From assembly GCA_964106915.2 (NCBI GenBank), contig OZ066919.1: a stretch of 64,000 nucleotides of DNA; one strand, given 5' to 3'. Below the pieces are notes generated by a model, which did not search any database, had not been told where the DNA came from, and saw nothing but the letters and a program-made list of their open reading frames with translations. This DNA comes from Podarcis gaigeae. Its lineage: Eukaryota. Shown here piece by piece: positions 36,901 through 49,581 of this stretch. The position numbers and the translations under genes are program-made. Positions within the stretch are counted from its first letter, which is position 1. Every line of letters begins with the position of its first letter.

Positions 36901-38429
36901 CATTAAAATGTTATGCCTACTCAAGGAGCATACAACTTTCTTTAACAGGTTTTTGAAGTGCAAAGTATATATGGGTTGAACATTCTTTCTACGGTTTATC
37001 TAGCCTTCAAGGCAAATATTCTGATGGATGATACCTTATGGGAAGCTGTTAGTTGTTGGGGGCTTTTGAGAAATGGTCTATTCACAAATGTTCCTTTTGT
37101 GCTTTGTTTGTAAGACCCCAGCACTTGAAGCAGAAGCTTCAGATGCTTAATCCCATGACGCTTGCTGAGTTTGGAAAATCTCAGCTGTTAAATGTCACTT
37201 GCTCAGTAGTAGGAGTCAATTGATTGATTGTCGTCCTTTGTGATGCTCATTGTCATATTTCATAATCTCAATTTCTTGTCAATTGATTGCCAGATAGAAG
37301 CGACAGCCAAGGAGGGCCGCCAGCGTCTGCAGGGGCCAGCCAGCGCATGGCGTTAACTTTCCCTCTCTGTAAGTGTTCCCTTCTTTTATTACTGTTGTGG
37401 GGTGGTTCAGAAAATGAATAGAATAATAGTTTGGGTAGATGATAATAGTCCTGGGGATAACTGTGCTGTTAGCATTATCAAACATGTCACATTTTTCAGG
37501 CAAGAAAAGAGAACATTTATTTTTAATAAAGGTGTTTTCTGGTGCTTGGCTGAGAATAGCACCTAGGAATCCTGGCTCCTTAGCCCTCACTGCTCTAACT
37601 TCTAACTTCTAAAAAAGAGCTGGGAATAAACTGAGCATTGTCTTGTCAATGTTTTAAGGAAAATGTTATACGAAACAGAGATATTAGTCTAAATGTTGGT
37701 AGGGCTGAAGATTATGGGTGGAAACTACTTGCAAACTGTGTTCAGGGTGGTAGGTGGGATATATTATTGTTATGGGAGGTTCAACACCATGTAGGCAAGC
37801 CCAATCAAAGCTCTGCCCTCTCCTCCTCTCACGCAGCTGGGAAGACTTCTGCCAAGATTACTTTCAGTTTCAAATAATCTCATTTTAATGCTACACGTGA
37901 AGCAGGAATCTTGGTATTCAAACCACAGTTATCAGGACTGGCCCAAGGCATTTTGCTTCCTGAGGCAAAGGACAAGATGGTGCCCCCTCCTCTTCCACAT
38001 ACAGAAACCAGCTGGACTGGCAGCTGATCTTACTTCAACTGTATGACTGTATATCATCCTCCACTGTGCCTGAGGCAGCAGGCCAGGTTAGGGAGACAGT
38101 TTAATTTATACAGTTCTCTCCTCCAACAGAGGGGGAATGTCTGGTTTAAAGTTGTTTTGTTTAACAATGAACCAGTGTTCATTTAAAATCAGGATTCCTG
38201 GTTTGCACATTATGCTAACATGAGATTATTTGAAACAGAAATTTATGCCAGTAGAAATCCTCATCCCAGCCATGAGGTGGTAGGGGAAGAAGGGAATGCA
38301 CAACCTGAATGCTTTGCTTGGGCTTTCTATGGTTCATCCATGCCACAGTTCCTAAACCATTGTTTACTGTTACCTGCAAACCAGCCATTGCTTGGGTGGG
38401 TCAGACAAATAATTTATCCTGGATTAGAC

Positions 38430-38660
38430 AGTTTATTTTTATCTATTTAATTCATAAAATTTATATCCTGTTGAATAGCAGAAAAAATATCCAAGTGGTT
38501 TACAAAAAAGATAAAACAATAAAATAATCACTTTGAAAATTGCAACCATAATTTAAAACATACAGAAAATAAAAGAGACTGAAACAAAATAAAATTCTTA
38601 CAAACTTTCTAAACATCTAAACAATGACTGTCAACAGATGCTACTGAAGATATGCAACTG
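38430..38660 (-). mobile_element. L2-type 3' tail fragment
   Basis: TTTA-rich tail, ATTTATATCC...AAGTGGTTTACAA and an A-rich linker. Confidence 0.55.
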
Positions 38661-38771
38661 CTTTGCAGTTATGTTAACTCATGACTGTGTGTATTATGCT
38701 TATACAATGTTAATTCATGACTGTTTGTATTAGGCTTCTATTGGGCATTAGACCATACATAATTTGAATTC

Positions 38772-38980
38772 TACCATAGAACCTACAACAGAGAAAGCTG
38801 CTTATACTGAGTCAGACCATTGGTCCATCTAGCTCAGTATTGTCCACAGTTATGACTGGCAGCTGCTCCCCGGTTTTTCAGAATGGAACTTTTCCCTCGC
38901 CCTACTTAGAGAAACTGGAGATTAAAACTGGGACCATTTGTATGAAAAACAGATGCATTGCCGCTGATTTGTGGCCCTTC
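38772..38980 (-). mobile_element. tRNA-derived SINE with CR1-type tail
   Basis: GCTGCTTATACTGAGTCAGACCATTGGTCCATCTAGCTCAGTATTGTC tail, with a degenerate tRNA head (A/B boxes) at the right end. Confidence 0.8.
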
Positions 38981-39989
38981 TCTTCAATTGCTCACCAAGA
39001 ACCTCAGCTTTTAATTTATTAATTTTTATAGACTTCTGAGTTTCAGGAAAAACTTTGGAAGTGTATTGGAAATGTCTGATGAGAGCTAAGAATGCAATGG
39101 ATGTTTTAAACAGGGCTTATAAGAACAGAGCTGCCCTTCTGCTCCTTGTTCCCCTGTCTTCTTCAGATTAATGTTATTCTTCTTTCTTTGCCCTGTGCCA
39201 CAACCTTTCCATTGCTTACAACTTCTGAATGTAACAAAGCTCCATGTTATACAACAAGATTTACTTAATGCAGATTAATTGAGCAATCTGAATGCCTAAT
39301 TTGCCATGCCAGGGGGGATTGGGCTGTCACGTAATGGCAATGGGTTTATTCCAGGCCTTTTTGCTGTGCCAGACATGAAGGTGGTGCAGTGAAGAGGCAT
39401 TTCACCACCAGCAGCTTTTGACCTGGTGAGTGCAAACGGCAGGGCTGTGTTTGTGCTGCTGCTGCTGCTGGCTAGGGCTTAAGACTGTAGCCTAAGTCCT
39501 ACATCCTGTTTAACCTATTTGTAAAACACAATTTCTACATGAAACTGTGAAATGTGATTGATCCATTGATTAAATTTATAAGCCCACCCTTCACTAAGCA
39601 TTGTCAGCCTTGTTTGAAGTAGGGAGGGGGGCTTCGCTTCACTTGCCCCCTGTATTTGCATTTTACAATGAAAGCCATTGAAACCAGAATCTATTTGATG
39701 GTCTTCTCCCATAATTTAGGACATCTTTGGAAAATCCACCCCCATATTGTTCAGGGTGAAATTAGAGTGTGGGCACTAGACTAATAGGTAAACTGGTTTG
39801 GAGAGTGGCTGCTCAGATGGCTCCACCTGGTTCCTATGGCAGTGTTTTGTGTATCTTCCATCTCTCCCCCCCCCCCCACTCCAAACAACCTTTACTGGAA
39901 AGCATATGGAAAGGAGAGCAGCCGACCTTTGGCACATTTATTGACACTCCCAGAGTTCATACTGCAACTCTACAATCTTTCCCTGAGAT

Positions 39990-40240
39990 TATTAAAAATT
40001 AATTGATCACTTTTATATCCCCCCACGGTGCCCGACACTGTCGCTGCGAGAGGGGCCAAGGGGAGGAGGGCGTGTGCAGGCGTAGCAAACACACTGATAA
40101 ATGTTAATTACTCTTTTATGGCCCTTGTCAAATTCCAAAGCAAGTCATAAATTCATTAAACTCTAACGGATTAAGCACATGCAGCTTATTTAGCCGCCAT
40201 AAACAAGATCATTTGTATGTTGGTTTTTCCTTTTTTATTG
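39990..40240. promoter_or_regulatory. Candidate conserved enhancer (HOX/CDX, PBX, MEIS and bicoid-class sites)
   Basis: No recognisable repeat, and CpGs are retained. Motifs: TGATAAAT 40095, TTTTATGGC 40114, TGTCA 40126, GTCATAAA 40144, GGATTA 40168, GCCATAAA 40196. Confidence 0.6.
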
Positions 40241-43200
40241 CTTCAGCAGCAAAAAGGAGAAAAAATTGACTCAAGAGCTCCTGATAGGTTTGAAAAGTTG
40301 GGCAGTTAATATCCTGCTGCTATTGTCTCTTATTGTTTTGTATACATATAGCTATGTACATTTGATATTTGGCATGATATATTATTACTGTCTTATTTCC
40401 GGATAACAAGAGATAATATAGTAATATACCTTTTAGAGAACCAAATTGCATTGGTGAAAATTCATTCTGGCTTTCAAGTTCTTCAGCAACAAATAGATCC
40501 AACTCTTGCCAGTTGACATTGATCCCAGTACAAAGCATGACCACCACCTATTTTGTATCTCCCCTGTCATTACACAATGTATAGTATCAATATAATATTA
40601 TGGTAGTTCTGGTAAAACATGCAGCCTTCTTTTATGAAATGGTTTCTGCTTGAATTGACCGCTTTGGAAGTATGCTCAGGAACACCACATTTTCTTAGGA
40701 TTCAAAACAACAGTATTTTGACTCTACAGAAATAAGATGATTTCCTAAGCTGGAGCATGCATTACCCTACTACAGGCATAAATGTGGTCCCCAGAATGTC
40801 ATGAGAACCTGTTGGATAGAACACCAGTCTCACTTAATTTCATTGACCTCAGAAGAAGAGATGTTCCTAATAAGAGAAATGAAAAGCTGAGGCAAAGGCA
40901 CTTGATTGAATTTGTCCTTAAGACTGAAAGCTCAGGTCTCATGGTTCAGTGTTATAGCCTGCACAGCTTGGTTCTGGTCTCATGGTCAACTAGTTGACTG
41001 GGTCTTCCTTGGAGGAGAAATGGAGCACTGCAACAAAATAAATTCAGTATACTTAAGCTCCAGCTACTGGAACAATTGTCTCTGCAAATTCCCTGGAGTG
41101 TGGATTTTTAAGTACTGACAGGAGATACTGAAATGACAAAGGATGGAACTTAGAGGTTCCAAAAGACAAGGGCTTGCTACTGAAAACAGCAGCTATTTGT
41201 TCAGGTCTCCCCTCCTCCTTAACATCTGGTACAGCTTATCCTGTGTCCTCCTGATATCATTATGCTGCATTTTCCTGTCCCAGTTCTACACGCTTCTGCC
41301 ACTGGTATACATTGGGACATGAGCAAAGTTGCATTACACATTATGGAAACAGAGTCGACACAGGGCTGTCATTTTCAGAAGCAGACTTTTGTTCTTTCAT
41401 AATGTGTTGTTCTGCTCTGAAATGTGACCGTTCAAGTCACAGGGAGACTTCGATCAAGCCTCAGTTGATCCTCTTTGACACAAAAGTCAGTGGTGAGTCT
41501 AATTAGCACGCCACATTATAGAAATGTATGTGAAAAGTTCTAACATTCATGCCCAAAATCACCATGTCAGCTCTGCTTTTTCAAGGCTGGCAAAGAGCTC
41601 TTATTTTGCATGCCTCAAAGTCTCAACCCCCCAAAACAGTATGGTTGCCTGGAGTTGCAAACACCTTTGATTCTGTGCATGGCTGCCCCATGTGGTGAGC
41701 TATCAAAACTGCAGCTTTTAACATCTACATGGCAAAGTATTCTTAGGATTTAGACTGGCCCTATCCACCAAGGCTGGCCATTGTGTCCTAAGAAGGGCTC
41801 TCAAAGTCTTCTTGCTTGGCTTAGGCATTACTTGAGTAGCAAGCTCTTTCTGGCTCTCTTTCTTTTAGGTGTTCCTCAGTTCTTACTCCTTGGTTCAGCT
41901 CTTGGCCCTCAGTTAACCTATAACAGATCAGCTTTGACAGATCAATCAATTTTTATTTTTTTACTGCAACAACATTATAGAACACATACAGGAATCTATT
42001 TTGCAAAACTGCAGATGTCAGTCAAAATGCTGTCTTAGATAGACAGGACCACAGCCTATCATTACAACAAGTGAGATCTGGGGTGGTATAGTGGCTAAAA
42101 GACTGGGGTTGCCATCCTAACCCACTTATCTGGGAGCAGATGCCAATGAATTCAATATGACTTGCTTTTGAGCAGATATGGTTAGGGCTGTGCTGTGTGT
42201 GACTAATCAGAAAATTTTCAGTTCAAATCTCACTTTCCCTATGAACTGACTTGATTGCATTAGGCAAGTGATTCCCCCCATTTTCTGCAGCCATCCATCT
42301 CTAATATAGGAATGATGATAGCATTGAGCATTACAAGGTTGTTGTCTACAGCAGGATAATGTATGCCAATCAAGTGCTTTGAACATCATAAAATGTCCAA
42401 AGCACATAAACACTCCTTGCTTTCTGCTTAATTATAATAAGTAGATCCCCAAAACTTCCATTGGGACAAATTTGACACCACTGTTTTCTCCTCTGTTAAA
42501 AAAAGGCCACTAATAAGCATCCAGATATGGCATTGGTCTTGGTCCTACCCATTGGTGCATTGGAATATTTGTGGGGCGCCCCTTGCCTCGAGACATAAAA
42601 ATCTGCCCTCAAGTTTGATGGATTTATGAGCACAGGGGTGGGCAGTCAGGGGTTAATGGAAGAACTGTGCCCTGTGCTCAGCGGTAGCTAACAGCCACTA
42701 GCTAATAACTTTATGGCTTCAAAGCAAGGCATTTATCATGCTGAAGTTTGTTTATGCACTAGTTATACAGCACATTATGGCAGATCTAAGTTGGACTGAT
42801 AAATTCTAGATGACAAGCAAGGCTACTGAATGGGGCTTTCCGAGTCCAAAAGACCAGTAGCTTTTTCCTGAACTCTGCTTCCAAGATAAGAATGTTTTCC
42901 CTCTCTATTGTTTAGTGTGCACAAAAGTGCATAAATTTAATGTAAAAGAAGACATGGATAATGTCCAAGACTTTTGCAAACCTCCCACCTTGTGAACAAG
43001 AGCTAGCAGTGTGTATGGATAGATGTGTGCATAACACACTCATTTCTGCAATACAGAAGCGGAAGTATGTGGCCAGAATAAGTACAAATCAGGCACAATT
43101 GTTTTCTCCCCCAAATGTCTCTTATTTATGTCATTTAATCTATGTGGATGAGGGGTTAGGACCAGCCATCAGGAATGTTTGCAAAGAGCAAGTGTTGAAC

Positions 43201-46200
43201 TCTAAGCCCTTATCACAAAGCATTCCCTAAAGAACCCTTTGGAATTTTGAGTTGGCTCTGGCACTTTTTGCATATTTTCCGTTTTCCTATCAGCATGCTG
43301 ACTATAAGTTAAAATCAAACCTGAAATTCCTGTTCCATAAGTGTTAATTCCAAGTATGATTTTGCTTTGCTGGAACAATTCTTGCAGAATGGAATATCTG
43401 TGGAATGCTGAAGGAAAAATGTTGGCATATTCTATTTTGGTGGAGACATTCTACATACTGCATTTTGACAAACCTAGGATTGCAACCCAGTGTACACTTT
43501 ATGTACACTATACATATATGCTGTATACCAGGAGTAGCCAACATGGTACCATCCATACATTGTTGTATTCCAGTTCTTGCCAACCCCAGCTAGCATGGCC
43601 AGTGATCAGGGATGATGGGGTATAGTCCAGTCTCTGGAGGATTTTGGAACTCTGAGGTGCAACTCAGCTTGCTGAGAGGGGTTTGCATGGTGTTAAAACA
43701 GAAACAGAAGGGAATCTCCAAATTCCCACACTGTCTCGTTGCTCTTTGCCTGTGTTGATTTTATATTTGATCTTAGACTGATATTCCTAGGTTGCAGCTT
43801 TCACTTCTGGTCTCCCCTTCACTTCTCTTTTGGATCCTTTTGGGAGAGGTCATCCTTGTCTTGTCTGCCAAGCACAAAGAGAACATTGTGTAGGCTATCT
43901 CTTTTCATGTCTTAGTCTCATTGACACATTGCATTATATGGTATGTGCTTAATAAATTTCCCTGTGATATATTTACAGAAACAAACATAGGCATAGATAT
44001 ACTTGTCAGTGGCTTGTGTGGTTTATCATATAAAAGTGGAGTATAAAGAAATAAAGTTAATAAACTGGAATAAACACACTGGCCTGACAAGACAAGGAAT
44101 GGAGATCTTGCAAGGTGGATGGAGACATGAATTCTTGGGCCCCAGCAATGGAAGAGGTAAGGCACAGTATTAGAATGCTCAACACAGGCTCTGCTTCTGT
44201 GTGGTGACTGGTACTGCAAGCAAGATCCACACTTCCACTGCGTGTGTATCCAGATTCCCAACAGTTTATGGGGTTCCCACAGTGACCCATTTGTAGATTG
44301 GTTGGATTGTGTAGTCTTCATCTATATCTATGGCAGTGTACTGATAGATGTATCCTGAACTGAAATGTTTTGTGTTAATATTTGTATACATTTGCATGTT
44401 CACCCCTGAATTGCCTGATAGTTCCTGCATGTGTGTTCCTTGGATACATAAATTTGTTCGTTCATGTGACTGGAGAGGTTTCTCTCCATAGTTGTGTATA
44501 TGTGTAATGATGTGTATGGTGGGCATCTGAATTATATTGTTCTGTGAATTGTGATATGGTTACCTCCTGCTTCATGGCTGTGCACATATGTTTGTGCATG
44601 AACACATAGTCTGCTCTGACAGCGTGGTTACATTGTGTTCGTGGGTTGGTGTGCAAGTCTTTGTATGTGAGTGCCAGCCCTTGTGGGCTGTAAATCCTGC
44701 TGCCCAGCTGAGGAGGTTGAGCGGTTTATTGCTCAAGGCCAGGCCCATGAATCAGGCAGAGGTGTCGGAAGACGCATTAACTCGTAGCCTTTGCTCAGTT
44801 GCTGTGTGGTTCCAGGAGGGGCCCTGGAGGCAGCGATTAAAGGCGGCACCTTCCCCTTTCAGTTTTATGGTAAGAGGAAAGCAGTAAATTAGAGGCCCAG
44901 AGGCTTTAGGGCAGGCCTCGCCCTGACATTGCTACCTGCTGCTGCCCTGACAGCAAGCAAGTTAGGCCCAGTCCAGCCCTGGGACAGAGAGTTTTCCAAT
45001 GGACTGAGGAGCGAGATCTGTAGTGTGAGAGAGCTGATTTGTAGTGTGAGAGAGCTGACTCTCCTTGGATAACTTTGAGTTTGGGCCTGTATACAGGTAC
45101 CTTTTCCAGCACAACAAACATTTATTCTTCTTTACAGGCAAATACGCACAACACACAGGCAGTGCCACAAACTCTGTGTATGGTATATAAGGTCCCAAAG
45201 TGTATAAGTTTCATAACATGGGAATCACCCAGTTGGATTGGAAGTAGAAAAGCTGTACCTGTGAATGTTGACAAAAATTGTGACATGTCTTTGATGTTCA
45301 CTTTGGGGACCAAGGACAGGGTGAGCTTGAGCAAAAGAATATCTTGAGAGCAAGTAGGTCCTAGGCAATTATACAGTGATATCCACTTAACCACTTCAGT
45401 ATCTTTAGTTCTTCCTACAAAGGACTTATTCTCATGTTGCTATTGTTGTTAATATTGTACACATATTTTATCCTCGCCTGAATGTTTTCTCAAGTTATGG
45501 AAACCTGACAAGAGGTGCTTGGTCCTCTCCTCTTAGGATAGTTTGCATTTCCTGGTTTGCCCATTTCTGCATTCATTTAATGTTGAGAAGCATCGTAGGG
45601 AATATGGGAGACACAGGCATGTTGTAAGACTGAGAAAAATAACAGAAATTTACAGCCACACATTTAAGAGGTGACACCAAACTGTGTGCTTGCCTGCAGG
45701 ACTGCTCGTGATAGTGTTATGCAACACAGTAGAAAGAAATCCATAGGTGATTAGTGAGTTGTGTGAGGGCATTGTTTGCTGCTTGGACATTTATGGGAAA
45801 TTGGAGTAAGTACAGAGAAGAGGGAAAAGGATGAAAGATGAAGAATGTTAGACATATCCAGCTGAAGTTTACTTTATTTAGCTTGAAACTGACTTCCATT
45901 TAATAGAAGCTGCCTTCATTACTTAGCATGTTAAGCCTTTAGATCAGGCTTCCCTCTTGAAGAATCACTGTGGACTTTGATGCATGTCCTATGAAAAACT
46001 TGAGGACTGATTGCTTTATCGTAAAATATGATCCATTATGTGCATTATGTGAGATGCTTATTTAAGAAGAACATGATTGATTCTTTTGTCATCAAAATTA
46101 ATTTCTGTGAGTCAATGTCTTAACAAACACATGGTCACTGTTACTGTGGTGTCACAACTTGTGGCATTGGTGGTGTGGCACAAGGCAGTCTGGAATACCA

Positions 46201-46682
46201 GCGCAACATCATGGTTCAAACAATGGCCACCTTCAACATTCACAGGGAGTTGTATCCAACACTGCAGGCATGGAGTTTTGCTCATGCACTAGGATTTCCC
46301 CTCCCTCTCTCTGTCAGTCCCCCCCCCCCATCTCCAAATGTGCTCTGGAGGGTCTTCCAACCCTCTGGAGCAGATTTTGAGGGTGCATTGGGGACTGCAG
46401 GGGAGAGGAGAAGGAATTTTTTTGTTGCACAAGTAGAGCAGCAGCAGCATTAAATATGAAGCAACAGGGCTGGAACTAAAGATGCTACAAGAAGCCTAGA
46501 GCTGCTGCCACTCAGTAACTCTCCCCACTTCTTGGTAACATCTAGTATAACCTAACCTTTGACATGGTGTCATCATGTTGCCTGTTTCCTCCCTCTGTCT
46601 CCCTGACAGCCAATAATCTAATGTAGGAATGGGGATATGCACAACACAATCACTTTGAGTTACATAATGTGTTACATTAGAC

Positions 46683-46789
46683 CAGCTTTCCCCAACCTGA
46701 TGACATCCATGTGTTTTGGACTCCCATCAGCTACATACAGCACAGTTGTAGTCTAAAACATCTAAAGGGCATCAGATTGGGGAAGACTG
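46683..46789. mobile_element. Old palindromic hAT MITE
   Basis: CAGCTTTCCCCAACCTG / CAGATTGGGGAAGACTG with flanks CATTAGAC and TACTAGAC. Confidence 0.72.
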
Positions 46790-49581
46790 TACTAGACATT
46801 GCCAAGAAGAGGGAAGAAAGATGGAGCAGCTGGTGCTCTGTGTCTCTGATAACGTCTTCCTTGTGCATGACAGTGTGAGGTGAAATATTTGTATGGGGCT
46901 TTGCAAGTGTTCCAGTTTTGTCATCCATTTTATCAGGTTGTACCAGAGGCGTCCCTGGTGCCTGGGTATGTCTTAATACCCCTAGCACCACTGTAAGATG
47001 TCTGCCAAGAGAAATGTTTCTTTTTTTTCCTTTTTGTATTGCTTGCCTTTTGGCCTAGAAAGGCAGCAGCCTCTTTTCCTCTGAAACCTTTTTATGACTC
47101 CGGGTATAATTAACTCAAGCCATAAAATTTTTTCGAATCCAAATAGATATAATTAACATTTAATGTCACTGGGTTTTTTGTGGATAGTCAAGACTATTAA
47201 GAAGTGAGTATTGATTGAAGAGGTGAAGCAGATGTTTCAGTTATTGGATCAGGACATCAGAGGGAAGAGGGAGCCAGGAGGCTGTGCTGGAGCTGATCCA
47301 GTGACACTTCTGTGCCTCCTGGAAGAGATTGGTGTGCTAGGAAAAAGGCAGAGATTTTGTAAGTATTTTGCAGAACTCCTCCTCACTTGCACTTGGCCTC
47401 ATCCTCCTGCTGCTGCATAAGGGAAAGACAGGGAAGCAACATCTGGCTGGTGGCGGCAGCAGCAGCAGGAGGAGGAGGCCAAGCACAAGAGAAGAGGAAC
47501 CTCCAGCCATTGAAGCCGCGCTGCTGCCACACTCGGCTCCTCCCGCTGTCCCAACATCACGTGTGCCCCATTGGCCTCCTCTCAATCTTCTGCACAAGTA
47601 GGCCCCTCTGCCTATGAGCATGGTTACCTAAGACTCCTGCTGGCCAGTCTGTATGTCCAGAAGGTAAACTGCAGAGGTGCTTTTTTCTGAAGTCAAAGCT
47701 GTTTGAGTTATAAATTCAGAAATAGAAAAAAGTGAGCGGTGTCTACATAGAGTCAAACTACACCTCACAAAGTTTCAGCCATTTGCCTCAGTATTGCACC
47801 CAATACCCATGCAACTGTTTAATCCAACTATGGTAAACCAAAACCAAGGTTATTCTGGTAAGAAGGTTCTTAGATAAGGGAAGAGGGAAATGGAATTGCT
47901 CTTTGGCAACATTGGATAGAATTGCAGATCTAGCCTACAAAATGCCTAAACTAAATATGACATGTTAGCTGTTGGGGTGCTAGCCTTTGAGGATTGGGGA
48001 ACTGGAGGAAGTGCTAGATTCCAGGAAGGCCTGTAAAACAAACCTGTCCTGTGTGTGAATTCACTTTAAATTGTCAGAAACCCTTATTTTAGTTATTAGT
48101 TACATTTGTTTCACACACACTCAGTTTTAAAAATTCTGTCAGGAAGACTTTAGAGCTGGAGGGCCCATGTATTCCTCAAGATCCATCATAGCACCTCTTA
48201 TTGGTCATGTCATAACTAAAGTGATCTTGACTGGACAGTTGCTGCTCACCTCCCACTGGCAGCTGTTTAATACCGATGAATGGTAACAACTACCTGGCAT
48301 GGGCTATCTTTTCCCTCCCTGGTTCTTATTTAGCTGCCTAACCCCTGGCCTCAATCCTGACTGATTATGCATCTGTTTTCCCTGGTCCTGCAGCATATCT
48401 GATTTGAGCCTGACCCCTTGGGCCAAGCCTTGCCTCCTTGCTAGATCCCAGGGCTCTTTAGATGACATTCTTGGCTGATTCCCCTGCCAGACCTGCTTGG
48501 GAAGTGCCAGGCTGGGTGAGAGAGTGATGGCATGCCATATTTTGTGTGCCCCCTGATCCTGGGAGCAAGACTTCCAAGCCCTGGGATTGATTGGGGCTTC
48601 TGATGCTGACAGATGACATGAGCACAGGAACATGAGGCAGGTCAGCAGAGCAGAAACCAGCAAATGCAAAGAAACAGGCTGCATTGAGTTTAATAAATAA
48701 AACAGTGACATGCTGTGCTAGGGCTAGGAGTAGGAGGCTAGCCCTGCACCAGCAGCTTCTGGCACCCCTCTGCAGCTGACACCAACGTACCAGCTCTGGA
48801 TTCACCCCAAATGCCCTAGACAGCACAGAGCTGCCTTTCTCTGCCCACACACAAACTCTGATTGTTTGGAAGCATCTCCTGCCCTGAATGTTTTGTGTTC
48901 CTTGTACTGATCAGTGATTATCATGGTAAGGAGGAAGGAAACACTGTTGGCATCTGTGTGCTAGCATCTCCATAGAATTTATTCACCTTTGCTCACATGT
49001 TTTAAGATGCTCAAATTGGTACAGCACTGTAGCTTTCTGAGTTCTTTAAGTACACATCTTTCATTCCTCACCTGACCATTGAAAGTGGGAGCCATTCTTG
49101 TCCAGTATCCAGAAAAATATAAAAAATGTATACCAAAAATAATGGGATTGGGCTATTACAACAGAGGACCATTTTCTACTTTTCACACTAGTTGGCAAGA
49201 CCAGCTGGGTGGACATTTTAGCCAATATAAGGGCCTCCTCAGATCTTCTTCCTCCCCTAATAATAATAATAATAATTATTATTATTATTATTTATATGCC
49301 ACCCATCTGGCTAGGTTTCCCCAGCTACTCTGGGCAGCTCCCAACAGAATTAAAAACACAAGGAGACACCAAACATTTAAAACTTCTCTAAACAGGGCTG
49401 CCTTCAGATGTCTTCTAAAAGTCAGACAGGGTGGGTGCCACTACCGAGAAGGCACTCTGCCTGGTTCACTTCTTGCAGGGAGGGAACCGCCAAAAGCCCT
49501 CGGAGCTGGACCTCAGTGTCTGGGTTGAATGATGGGGGTGGAGACAGTCCTTCAGGTATACTGAGCCGAGACTGTTTAGGG

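Noticed and set aside
40782-41118. Possible ancient L1/Tx1 C-terminal remnant
   Set aside because: Only vague Cys/Trp spacing, and the diagnostic CCHC motif is not recoverable.
47337-47621. ORF with a signal-peptide-like LLLLLLPPP stretch
   Set aside because: It derives from short (GCA)n/(GGA)n runs, with no recognisable domain or exon structure.
48208-48710. Possible solo LTR (TGTCA...AATAAA...TGACA)
   Set aside because: No matching TSD (GGTCA versus TGCTG) and no second copy, so it cannot be supported.
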